NCBI GenBank assembly: GCA_005878635.1
Contig: VBLS01000111.1
Coordinates: forward strand, 1-60,533
Source of the DNA: Methanobacteriota archaeon
GTDB lineage: Archaea > Thermoplasmatota > Thermoplasmata > RBG-16-68-12
DNA: 60,533 nt
Reading direction: 5' to 3'
The notes beneath the pieces are model-generated. The model searched no databases. It worked only from the letters and a program-made list of their open reading frames with translations, and was not told the DNA's origin. Positions 53,390-60,533 of the stretch are shown here, one piece after another. The position numbers were made by a program, and so were the translations under genes. Within the stretch, counting starts at the first letter, position 1, and each line of letters opens with the position of its first letter.

Positions 53390-54214
53390 TCACCAATCGA
53401 GCTGGTAACCGCAGTACGGGTCTCCACGGAGCATGCAGGCGACCTTCGTGACCGTGGCGTCGATCTTCAACATCTGGACGAACCCCTCGTACGCGCCCAA
53501 CCATGCGGCGCAGCGGGCGGGGCTGCTGATCCAATCGTAGTTCTTGAGCAGGGCCCGATGCCCCTGGACCTCGACCTCGAGGCGTCCGTGGTTGAATTCC
53601 CGCGAGTACGCATTGGGGGACAACTCGAGCAGGAGCGGGAATGGAATGACCCGGGAGATGAGTCGCTTGGCCGACGAAAAGTTCCTCGCCTCCTCCCGGA
53701 GCATTCGCCGGATCGTCTCGTAGGTGCCGTCTCCGAAACGGGCTTCGATCGCGTCCAAGGCTTGCAAGGCGGCGCGAAGAGGATACCAGCCGTCCGCCCG
53801 TACGGTGGACGGATCGAGGCCGACGCCAATGAGGATCTCGTCCGCGGCGGTCGAGGTGTAGTGGGCTGCGACCCAATGGTGGTAGTTCCGAAGGTGACCG
53901 CCCCGGATCATCGGTGCGACGATCCGATCGCCCCGCTCCTCCGTGAGCTCGCCGAAGACGGCTCGGCCGAGGCCGGAGGCGGCATAGAGCCGGCCGCGGC
54001 GCTGGCCCGCGACGCGCTCGACGAGGTCCGTGCGGACGAGTTGACCGAGCGCGCGGCTCACGTGGGGCAGGTGCAGCCCCGTCTGCTTCGCAACCTGCAC
54101 GGGCGTCTTCGGCCCCGGGATCACGGCAGCGAGGACCGTTTCGCGTTGTCGACTCGCGAGGACGAACGAGAGCCCTTCGAGGAAATCCCTAGATCTAGTC
54201 GGCGCACCTTGCAT
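53390..54214 (-). CDS. transcriptional regulator, wHTH + V4R-like ligand-binding domain
   Basis: N-terminal wHTH (KTPVQVAKQTGLHLPHVSRALGQLVRTDLVER). The C-terminal end ...KVACMLRGDPYCGYQLDW resembles the C-x3-GD-x2-C tail of V4R domains. Confidence 0.55.
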   Translation of the reverse strand: MQGAPTRSRDFLEGLSFVLASRQRETVLAAVIPGPKTPVQVAKQTGLHLPHVSRALGQLVRTDLVERVAGQRRGRLYAASGLGRAVFGELTEERGDRIVAPMIRGGHLRNYHHWVAAHYTSTAADEILIGVGLDPSTVRADGWYPLRAALQALDAIEARFGDGTYETIRRMLREEARNFSSAKRLISRVIPFPLLLELSPNAYSREFNHGRLEVEVQGHRALLKNYDWISSPARCAAWLGAYEGFVQMLKIDATVTKVACMLRGDPYCGYQLDW

Positions 54215-54265
54215 CGGAGGGCCCCTCCGATTGAGGGATGCAGACGTTGGCTCATTACCCTTTCC

Positions 54266-55651
54266 TCAGGGAGCGGGGAGGAGGTACGTCAATAGGACGG
54301 GGACCAGGAGGGAGGCCATCAAGTGGATGCGCCGCACGCGAAGCGCGACGGGCACGATCCCGACCAAGCTCGCGACGGCGGCAATGGCGACGCCGGGCCA
54401 GCCCGTCACGACGAATAGGAGGCCCTCGATCACGGCGATGGAGACGATGGATATTTTCCGAGGATCCCAGGTCGACCACCGGCGCGCGATCCGTCGAGCC
54501 AAGCGGGCCGCCATCGGAGCCGCCAAGGCGGTCGCGAGCGAAGCGGCCGCGACGAGCGCGACCAAGGTGCCGGGGATGCCGAAACCGGACCAGGCCGCGG
54601 GATCTCCCGCGAGTTCCTTGACTCCGGCCGCGACGCCGCTGCGCGTCCGATGAATCATGAAGAGCACCGCGGCGCTGAGGAGGCCCGTCGACGCGGACAC
54701 CGCCCCGAGGACGATCATGAATTGTCCTGGCCCGGCGCGGTTCCGCCTCCCGATCGACGCGAGGGTCGCGGCCGCGCCGCCGCTGAGGCCGGGGAGCCAG
54801 GAGATCGCCGCGCCCGCGGCCGTCCCCCGCAATGCGCTCCGGGCATCGCCCCACGACAGGCGACGCAGGCTTTCGATGCGCTGCGCCGGGATCCGGCCCG
54901 AGGCGCTCCGCAGGCTGATGAAGAGCGTCGGGAGTCCGAAGAGGCCGGAGAAGAGGGGGAACAGCACGAGGCTCGGATCGAGGGGGACCGGCCCGCGAAG
55001 GGTCAGGATGCCGAGGAGGCCCGCCAGCCCCTGAACCCAGGCGGCTCGGAGGCCCCGCCGAATTCGGTGCCGTCCGCGGAACTCGGTGGCGAGGATCGCG
55101 GCGAGCAGGCATACCAGGAACAGCGCGCTCCATGGACGGAATCGGACGGCCAGCTCGATCGGATCGCTCAGCACGAATCGGAGCGGGACCAGGAGGAGGA
55201 CGGCGAAGAGCGTCCCGAGCGTTGCTCCGCGGGCCGCGAGGGCGACCGCCCTCGGGCCCTCCCCGGCCAGGAGGAGACGATGGCCCGGCAACGTCGCGAG
55301 GGCCGTGTCCTCCGTCGGCGCGCCAAGGAACACGCTGGGAATGAGGCTTGAAACCCCGTGGGCTGCCGCCGTCGCGAGCAGGAACGACGACAACAAGATC
55401 CCGATCGTCGCGGGATCTGCGGCGATGTCGGGGACGAGGAGTCCGAGGAAGCCGGCCCAGAGGCCTCGGGTGGCCAGGAGGAGCGCGGCCACGTTGTTCA
55501 CGTGAAGTCCGGGGGAGAGTCCGGTGAGCATCCCGACGGCGACGCCGAGGAGGACGACGCCGACGAAGGCTGCCAGGACGCCGAGGAGGTCCACGACGAC
55601 AAACACAGATGCATCGGGTGAACGTCCCCGATGCAGGTAGCCTACATTCAC
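54266..55651 (-). CDS. polytopic membrane protein, TctA/DUF112-like transporter
   Basis: About 460 aa and highly hydrophobic with more than 10 TM segments. Gly/Ala/Leu-rich pattern with repeated GLxPG-like loops. 4-nt overlap with hyuB. The family call is tentative. Confidence 0.45.
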   Translation of the reverse strand: MNVGYLHRGRSPDASVFVVVDLLGVLAAFVGVVLLGVAVGMLTGLSPGLHVNNVAALLLATRGLWAGFLGLLVPDIAADPATIGILLSSFLLATAAAHGVSSLIPSVFLGAPTEDTALATLPGHRLLLAGEGPRAVALAARGATLGTLFAVLLLVPLRFVLSDPIELAVRFRPWSALFLVCLLAAILATEFRGRHRIRRGLRAAWVQGLAGLLGILTLRGPVPLDPSLVLFPLFSGLFGLPTLFISLRSASGRIPAQRIESLRRLSWGDARSALRGTAAGAAISWLPGLSGGAAATLASIGRRNRAGPGQFMIVLGAVSASTGLLSAAVLFMIHRTRSGVAAGVKELAGDPAAWSGFGIPGTLVALVAAASLATALAAPMAARLARRIARRWSTWDPRKISIVSIAVIEGLLFVVTGWPGVAIAAVASLVGIVPVALRVRRIHLMASLLVPVLLTYLLPAP

Positions 55652-57222
55652 CGCTGCGGCGCTCGGGGCCTTCCCCAGCCGCCGCCTCCGGGCGTCTCGA
55701 TGATCAGGAGATCGTCCCGCCCCAGAGGGAGCGTGACCTTGGCCGGGAGCGTCTTCCGCCGGCCCTTTCGGACGAGCAGATTTCGCCCCGGTCGGCCGTC
55801 TTCGCCGCCTTTCAAGCCTCGGGGTCTCAGGGATCGTCGCTCGGAGAGGATCGACGCGGTCCCGTCTCGACCGAGGAACCGGACGGACCGACGCACGCCA
55901 TCGCCTCCCGCGAAACGGCCGGTCCCTCCCGATCCCGGGATGAGGCGATATTCCTCGACCCGAAGGGGCATCGCGAGCTCCAACGCCTCGATGGGCGTGT
56001 TCCGCGTATTCGTCATGTGGGTGTGGATGCCGGACATGCCCCGCCGGAACGGGAGAGCGCCTTCGCCGCCTGCGATGGTCTCGTAGTACGAGAATGGAGG
56101 GGGACCTGCCATGCCGATGGTGAGGTTGTTCATCGTCCCCTGGCTCTGGGCCGGTACGCGGTCCGCCAGGGGCTCCGAGAGTGCGAGGAATAGGACGTCA
56201 ACGATTCGCTGGGAGGTCTCCACGTTTCCTGCGGCCACCGCGGCCGGGCTTCGGGGTCGGACGAGCAGGCCTTCCTCTGCGAGGACGCGGACCGGTCGAT
56301 ACGCGCCGGCGTTGCGCGGCGCGTCGGGATCCGTGACGCATCGGACGACGTAATACGTGGCGCTCAAGGTCACCGCGAACGGAGCGTTCACGTTCCCGCG
56401 GACCTGGCGATCCGTGCCCTGGAAGTCGACGGTCAAGCCCGAGCCGCCAATCGTGACCTCGGCACGGATGCGGATTTTCTGCGAATCGCGGGAGCCCGCG
56501 GACTCCAGGTAATCCTCGGCGGCCCATGTCCCTCGCGGGAGCGTCTGGATGGCGGATCGCATGCGCCGTTCCGCGTGGTCGAGGAGTTCCCCGATGTCGG
56601 ACCGAAGGCGGGTCATGCCCCACTTGTCCGCAAATTCCGCGAGACGCCGCGCGCCGAGTTCATTGGCGGCCACCTGCGCGCGGAGATCGCCGAGTCGTTC
56701 AGTGGGATTGAGGGTCTCCTGCCGGAACCGGTCGAGGACCGAGCGCCGCTCCTCGCCGCGGTCGAGGAACTTCTGCGGCTCCAGGACGATGCCTTCCTCC
56801 TCCAGATGCACGGCGTCCGCGGGCATCGATCCGGGCGCGATCCCGCCGATGTCTGCGTGGTGGGCGCGATTCGCCGTGAAGCCGACCAATTCGGTCCGGA
56901 CGAACACGGGCCGGACAAGCGTCACGTCCGGGAGGTGCGTCCCGCCTCGATAGGGATCGTTCAGGATGACCTGGTCGCCCTCCCGCAACGTGCCGGGGAA
57001 ATCCCGCAGGACCGCGTCCACTGCGGCGGGCATCGAGCCGAGATGGACCGGGATATGTTCGGCCTGCGAGACCATCCGGCCGGCCTCGTCGAACAAGGCG
57101 CAACTCGCGTCCATCCGCTCCTTGATGTTCGGCGAATAGGCGCTTCGTTTCAGCGCAACGCCCATTTCCTCCGGGATGAACGCGAATCCGGTCCGCAGGA
57201 TCTCGAGTTCGGCCGGATTCAT
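55648..57222 (-). CDS. hyuB: hydantoinase B/oxoprolinase family protein
   Basis: EILRTGFAFIPEEMGVALKRSAYSPNIKERMDASCALFD...HIPVHLGSM...NDPYRGGTHLPD. Confidence 0.85.
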   Translation of the reverse strand: MNPAELEILRTGFAFIPEEMGVALKRSAYSPNIKERMDASCALFDEAGRMVSQAEHIPVHLGSMPAAVDAVLRDFPGTLREGDQVILNDPYRGGTHLPDVTLVRPVFVRTELVGFTANRAHHADIGGIAPGSMPADAVHLEEEGIVLEPQKFLDRGEERRSVLDRFRQETLNPTERLGDLRAQVAANELGARRLAEFADKWGMTRLRSDIGELLDHAERRMRSAIQTLPRGTWAAEDYLESAGSRDSQKIRIRAEVTIGGSGLTVDFQGTDRQVRGNVNAPFAVTLSATYYVVRCVTDPDAPRNAGAYRPVRVLAEEGLLVRPRSPAAVAAGNVETSQRIVDVLFLALSEPLADRVPAQSQGTMNNLTIGMAGPPPFSYYETIAGGEGALPFRRGMSGIHTHMTNTRNTPIEALELAMPLRVEEYRLIPGSGGTGRFAGGDGVRRSVRFLGRDGTASILSERRSLRPRGLKGGEDGRPGRNLLVRKGRRKTLPAKVTLPLGRDDLLIIETPGGGGWGRPRAPQR

Positions 57223-59150
57223 CGGGGCACCTCGACCTCGAGAAGGCCCAATCGATCCACGGTGAGGTGCGCGCCGGGAGGAACGACAGTGGTCGCATGG
57301 TCCTCCGCCACGATGGCGGGACCGTCGATCTCGCTCCCGACGCCGAGGCGCGACCGTTCGTGGACGGGGACATCATGCCATCCGTCGTCGAAAAGAACCC
57401 GGCGACTCCGCGGACGCGAACCGCGATGAAGAGGCGCACGCGGCCGGCGGAACGGACGTGGCATGCGGACCACGAGGCGGGCCGCGACGACCTCGATCGC
57501 TTCGCTCCGCGAGGCGTATCCGTACCGAAGCCGATGCGCTCGATGGAAGGCCCGCCTCAAGTCGCCGCGGATCGGAACGTTGATTTCGTAACTCTGCCCC
57601 TTGAATCGTAGGTCGACGCTCGATTCGAATTGAGCCCGACCCACATCGTGCCCTTGCGTCCGCAGCACCGAAATCGCCCGGTCACGGAACTCCTCGATCG
57701 CCGACTCGATGACCGTCTCGGCTCGCTCCAACGGTCGGAGGACGCTTCGCCCATACTCGGCTCGGATCGGAGAAATCAGGATGCCGTAGGCCGAGAACGC
57801 CCCAGGGAGGAAGGGCACGAGGACCGTCCGGACCCCGAGCTGTTGGGCGAGGGCGCATGCGTGCATCGGCCCGGCGCCGCCGAAGGCGAGCAACGCAAAA
57901 TCCCTCGGGTCAAGGCCGCGACGGGCGAGGACCAGCCGCATCGCCTTCGCCATCGAGGCTTCGACAACCCGCTGGACGCCGAGGATCGCTTCGTCCCGGG
58001 AAAGATGCAGGGTCGATGCGAGGGCCTCGATCCCTTTTGTGGAGAGGGACCTGTCGAGGGGAAGCCGACCTCCGAGGAGACTCGGTCCAAGGGACCCGCC
58101 GACGAGGTCGGCATCCGTCACCGTGACCTGGGACCCGCCCGCACCGTAGGCCATGGGCCCCGGGGTCGCGCCGGCGCTCTCGGGTCCGACTCGAAGCGCG
58201 CCTCCCGGGTCAATCCACGCAAGGCTCCCTCCTCCCGCGCCCACGGACTCGATGTCGATGACCGGGATCGCAATCGGGAAGGTGTCGATCACGGCATCGG
58301 TCGTCCAGGTCGGCTCGCCCTTCGGGAGTGCGGAAAAATCTGCGCTGGTCCCTCCCATGTCGAAGGTGACGAAGTTCCTCGAATGGCTCCCTCGAGACAG
58401 GGCCGCGCCGGCGGCGACGCCGCCCGCGGGACCGCTGAGGACCAAGTCAACCGGTCGTCGGGCGACGGCCGAATGGACGGCCACGCCGCCTCCCGATTTC
58501 ATCACGAAGAAGTCCTTTCGAATTGCGGCCCTCAACTCGGTCAGGTAGCGGCCGACGAGCGGTTTCAGGTAGGCGTCCAACACGGTGGTCGAAGCGCGCT
58601 CATACTCTCGAAATTCCGGGAGGACTTCGTGGCTCATCGAGACGGGGAGGTCGCCAAGGGCATCGCGGAGGATCCGCTCGTGGCTCGGTCGCATGAAGGA
58701 GAAGAGCAGGCAAATCGCCACGGATTCCGCCTTTCGGGAACGCACCTCCCTGGCAATTCGGCGGGCCTCCCGCTCCGTCAGAGGGCGCAACGGGCGCCCT
58801 CGCGCGTCGACGCGTTCGTCGGCTCCCAGGCACATCTCCGAATCGACCGGCGGAGACGCCCGTGTGACGTGGAAGTCGTACAAGTTCGGACGGTCCTGGC
58901 GGCCGATGATCAGCAGGTCTTCGAAGCCCGCCGTCGTCACGAATACCGTGCGGGCCCCTTTTCGTTGCAGGATCGCGTTCGTGGCGACCGTCGTCCCGTG
59001 GGCCATGCCGCCGGCCCCGAGCTCCCGCATCCCGTCGACGACCGCGCGGGAGGGATCGGGCGTCGACGGAACCTTGGCCGTCACGACCTCGCGGCCGCGG
59101 AACCCGACGAAGTCCGTGAAGGTCCCGCCGACATCCACGCCCACGTCCAT
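57219..59150 (-). CDS. hyuA: hydantoinase A/oxoprolinase family protein
   Basis: MDVGVDVGGTFTDFV... and FDMGGTSADF motifs. Start taken at ATG 59150. The upstream 450 codons of the 1093-aa ORF overlap trpB2 out of frame and are not coding. Confidence 0.85.
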   Translation of the reverse strand: MDVGVDVGGTFTDFVGFRGREVVTAKVPSTPDPSRAVVDGMRELGAGGMAHGTTVATNAILQRKGARTVFVTTAGFEDLLIIGRQDRPNLYDFHVTRASPPVDSEMCLGADERVDARGRPLRPLTEREARRIAREVRSRKAESVAICLLFSFMRPSHERILRDALGDLPVSMSHEVLPEFREYERASTTVLDAYLKPLVGRYLTELRAAIRKDFFVMKSGGGVAVHSAVARRPVDLVLSGPAGGVAAGAALSRGSHSRNFVTFDMGGTSADFSALPKGEPTWTTDAVIDTFPIAIPVIDIESVGAGGGSLAWIDPGGALRVGPESAGATPGPMAYGAGGSQVTVTDADLVGGSLGPSLLGGRLPLDRSLSTKGIEALASTLHLSRDEAILGVQRVVEASMAKAMRLVLARRGLDPRDFALLAFGGAGPMHACALAQQLGVRTVLVPFLPGAFSAYGILISPIRAEYGRSVLRPLERAETVIESAIEEFRDRAISVLRTQGHDVGRAQFESSVDLRFKGQSYEINVPIRGDLRRAFHRAHRLRYGYASRSEAIEVVAARLVVRMPRPFRRPRAPLHRGSRPRSRRVLFDDGWHDVPVHERSRLGVGSEIDGPAIVAEDHATTVVPPGAHLTVDRLGLLEVEVPR

Positions 59151-59233
59151 GGTCGGCCGGATTGTCCGAGACCTCAAGAGACTTCGCGCGGCTAATCCGA
59201 CGACTCGGGAACGGATTGCGGCCAGCGGGGTGG

Positions 59234-60532
59234 TCAGGGCCCGTTGCTGCTCAGGTTGCCGGCGAGGAACTGCGCGTAGCCCTCGAGGTCCAACAGCCCG
59301 TGGCCGCTGTAGTTGAAGGCGATGACCGTCTCCTCGTTCCGCTTCTTCGCCTCGAGCGCCAGGTCGATCGCGCCGCGGATCGCGTGGCAGGTCTCCGGCG
59401 CCGCGATGAGTCCTTCCGTCTTGGCGAAGATCTCGCCGGCCTGGAAGGTGCTCACCTGGTCGACCGCGCGCGGCTCGACGAGCCCTGCGTCCAGGAGGAC
59501 GCTCAGGGTCGCCGCGGTCCCGTGGTACCGCAGGCCGCCCGCGTGGATGCGCGGCGGTACGAAGGTGTGGCCGAGGGTGTGCATCTTCACGAGCGGCGTC
59601 ATCTCGCCGGTGTCGCCGAAGTCGTATTCGTATCGGCCCTGGGTCATCGAGGGGACCGATGTCGGCTCGACCGCGATGAACCGCGTCTCCGAACGCCCGT
59701 GGATCCGCTCTCCGATGGTCGGGTAGGTGAAGCCCGCGAAGTTGGAGCCTCCCCCGACGGAGCCGACCATGTAGTCCGGCGTGATGTCCGCGATCTCGAA
59801 CTGCTTCTGCGCCTCGAGGCCGATGACCGTCTGATGCATCAGCACGTGGTTCAGGACGGATCCGAGGGAATACCGCGTGTTCGGGCTCGTCACCGCCGTC
59901 TCGATCGCCTCCGAGATCGCGACGCCGAGGGATCCGGGATGGTTCGGGTCCTGTGCGAGGATCTTCTTCCCCACGTTCGTCCGGTCGCTCGGGCTCGGGA
60001 TGACTTCCGCGCCGAAGAGCCGCATCATGTACTTCCGGTAGGGCTTCTGGTCGTACGAGACACGGACCATGAACACCTTGGACCGGAGGCCGAAATAGTT
60101 CGTCGCGAGGGCGAGCGCCGATCCCCATTGGCCGGCCCCCGTCTCCGTCGCGAGGGCCTCGACCCCTTCCTTCGCGGCGAAGTACGCCTGCGCGATCGCG
60201 GTGTTCGGCTTGTGGGATCCGACCGGGGAGAGATCCTCCCGCTTGTAGTAGATCCGCGCCGGCGTTTTGAGGAACGCCTCCAGGCGGGAGGCCCGGTACA
60301 GCGGCGTCGGTCGGCCGAATCGGAGGTAGGCCTCGCGCAGTTCTTCGGGGATCGGCTCCGAGCGGTTCGGGCTCATCTCCTGGCGGATGAGCTCCTTCGG
60401 GAACAGCGGCTCGAAGGCCTGCGGCGGGACCGGCTCCTTCGTCCCGGGGTGGAGGTAGGGAGGGAAGGGAGCGGGCAAATCCGGCAGGATGTTGTACCAC
60501 GCCCGCGGGAGGTCGTCCTCATCGAGGAGGAT
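59234..60532 (-). CDS. TrpB-like PLP-dependent enzyme (TrpB2 family), 5' end truncated by the window edge
   Basis: The frame stays open to the window end (..[27 protein letters not shown]..). PLP lysine region [14 protein letters not shown] and GGGSNFAG. Confidence 0.8.
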   Translation of the reverse strand: MLLDEDDLPRAWYNILPDLPAPFPPYLHPGTKEPVPPQAFEPLFPKELIRQEMSPNRSEPIPEELREAYLRFGRPTPLYRASRLEAFLKTPARIYYKREDLSPVGSHKPNTAIAQAYFAAKEGVEALATETGAGQWGSALALATNYFGLRSKVFMVRVSYDQKPYRKYMMRLFGAEVIPSPSDRTNVGKKILAQDPNHPGSLGVAISEAIETAVTSPNTRYSLGSVLNHVLMHQTVIGLEAQKQFEIADITPDYMVGSVGGGSNFAGFTYPTIGERIHGRSETRFIAVEPTSVPSMTQGRYEYDFGDTGEMTPLVKMHTLGHTFVPPRIHAGGLRYHGTAATLSVLLDAGLVEPRAVDQVSTFQAGEIFAKTEGLIAAPETCHAIRGAIDLALEAKKRNEETVIAFNYSGHGLLDLEGYAQFLAGNLSSNGP

Positions 60533-60533
60533 T

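Noticed and set aside
53320-53410. ACCAATTGGT palindrome, a CCCCTTCGGGG hairpin, and a GGTTACCAG / CTGGTAACC inverted pair downstream of and overlapping the 3' end of the V4R regulator gene
   Set aside because: The elements are short. One arm is inside coding sequence, and the region lies between convergent genes where terminator-like hairpins are expected. I cannot distinguish this from chance without genome-wide statistics.
59151-60500. N-terminal 450 codons of the 1093-aa ORF 57219-60500
   Set aside because: This part overlaps the TrpB2-like gene in another frame and is Arg/Pro/Gly-rich. The hydantoinase A similarity starts exactly at MDVGVDVGGTF (ATG 59150).
1-60533. Search for CRISPR arrays, rRNA genes and additional tRNAs
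   Set aside because: I saw no regularly spaced direct repeats, no rRNA-like segments, and only one cloverleaf (tRNA-His). A by-eye scan could miss small ncRNAs such as C/D box sRNAs.

Overview
High-GC archaeal chromosomal segment, read by eye without tools. The gene content suggests a Thermoplasmatota-like euryarchaeon: an archaeal-type ribosomal protein cluster, class II HMG-CoA reductase, LonB, Taw1, RFC large subunit and archaeal NMNAT. This lineage call is inference only.

The backbone is housekeeping:
- purS, an RNase J-like beta-CASP nuclease, trmI, and a complete LIV-type ABC transporter (livHMGF plus a convergent binding protein).
- hmgA, rfcL, taw1, a Nog1-type GTPase, pdxS, and the AcnX (phosphomevalonate dehydratase-like) subunits.
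- ileS, tRNA-His(GUG), argF, and an ABC system with a duplicated permease.
- secY plus the full L3-to-L15 ribosomal protein operon on the minus strand (35640-47876), which includes Rpp29 and a 48-aa S14 missing from the ORF track.
- lonB, an NMNAT, and a hyuA/hyuB/TctA-like/V4R-regulator/TrpB2 cluster.

The high GC produces many long antisense ORFs in the track, which I reject.

Most interesting items:
1. Three tandem Rab/Ras-like small GTPase paralogues (48451-50299) lie just upstream of lonB. Each is preceded by the same TTATC-N6-GA(T/G)AA dyad 13-15 nt upstream of a TATA-like element.
2. IleRS carries a roughly 330-aa in-frame C-terminal extension: HhH-like segment, three CxxC-x10-CxxC zinc ribbons, then a DUF835-like domain.
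3. The AcnX small subunit is fused to a perfect Nudix box.
4. Two tandem Csa3-like CARF-wHTH proteins occur with no CRISPR-cas genes in the window.
5. A small AT-richer island (about 13661-15950) holds a serine recombinase, a paralogue that lacks the catalytic domain, and an untracked 50-aa RHH-like ORF.

No CRISPR array and no rRNA were seen.
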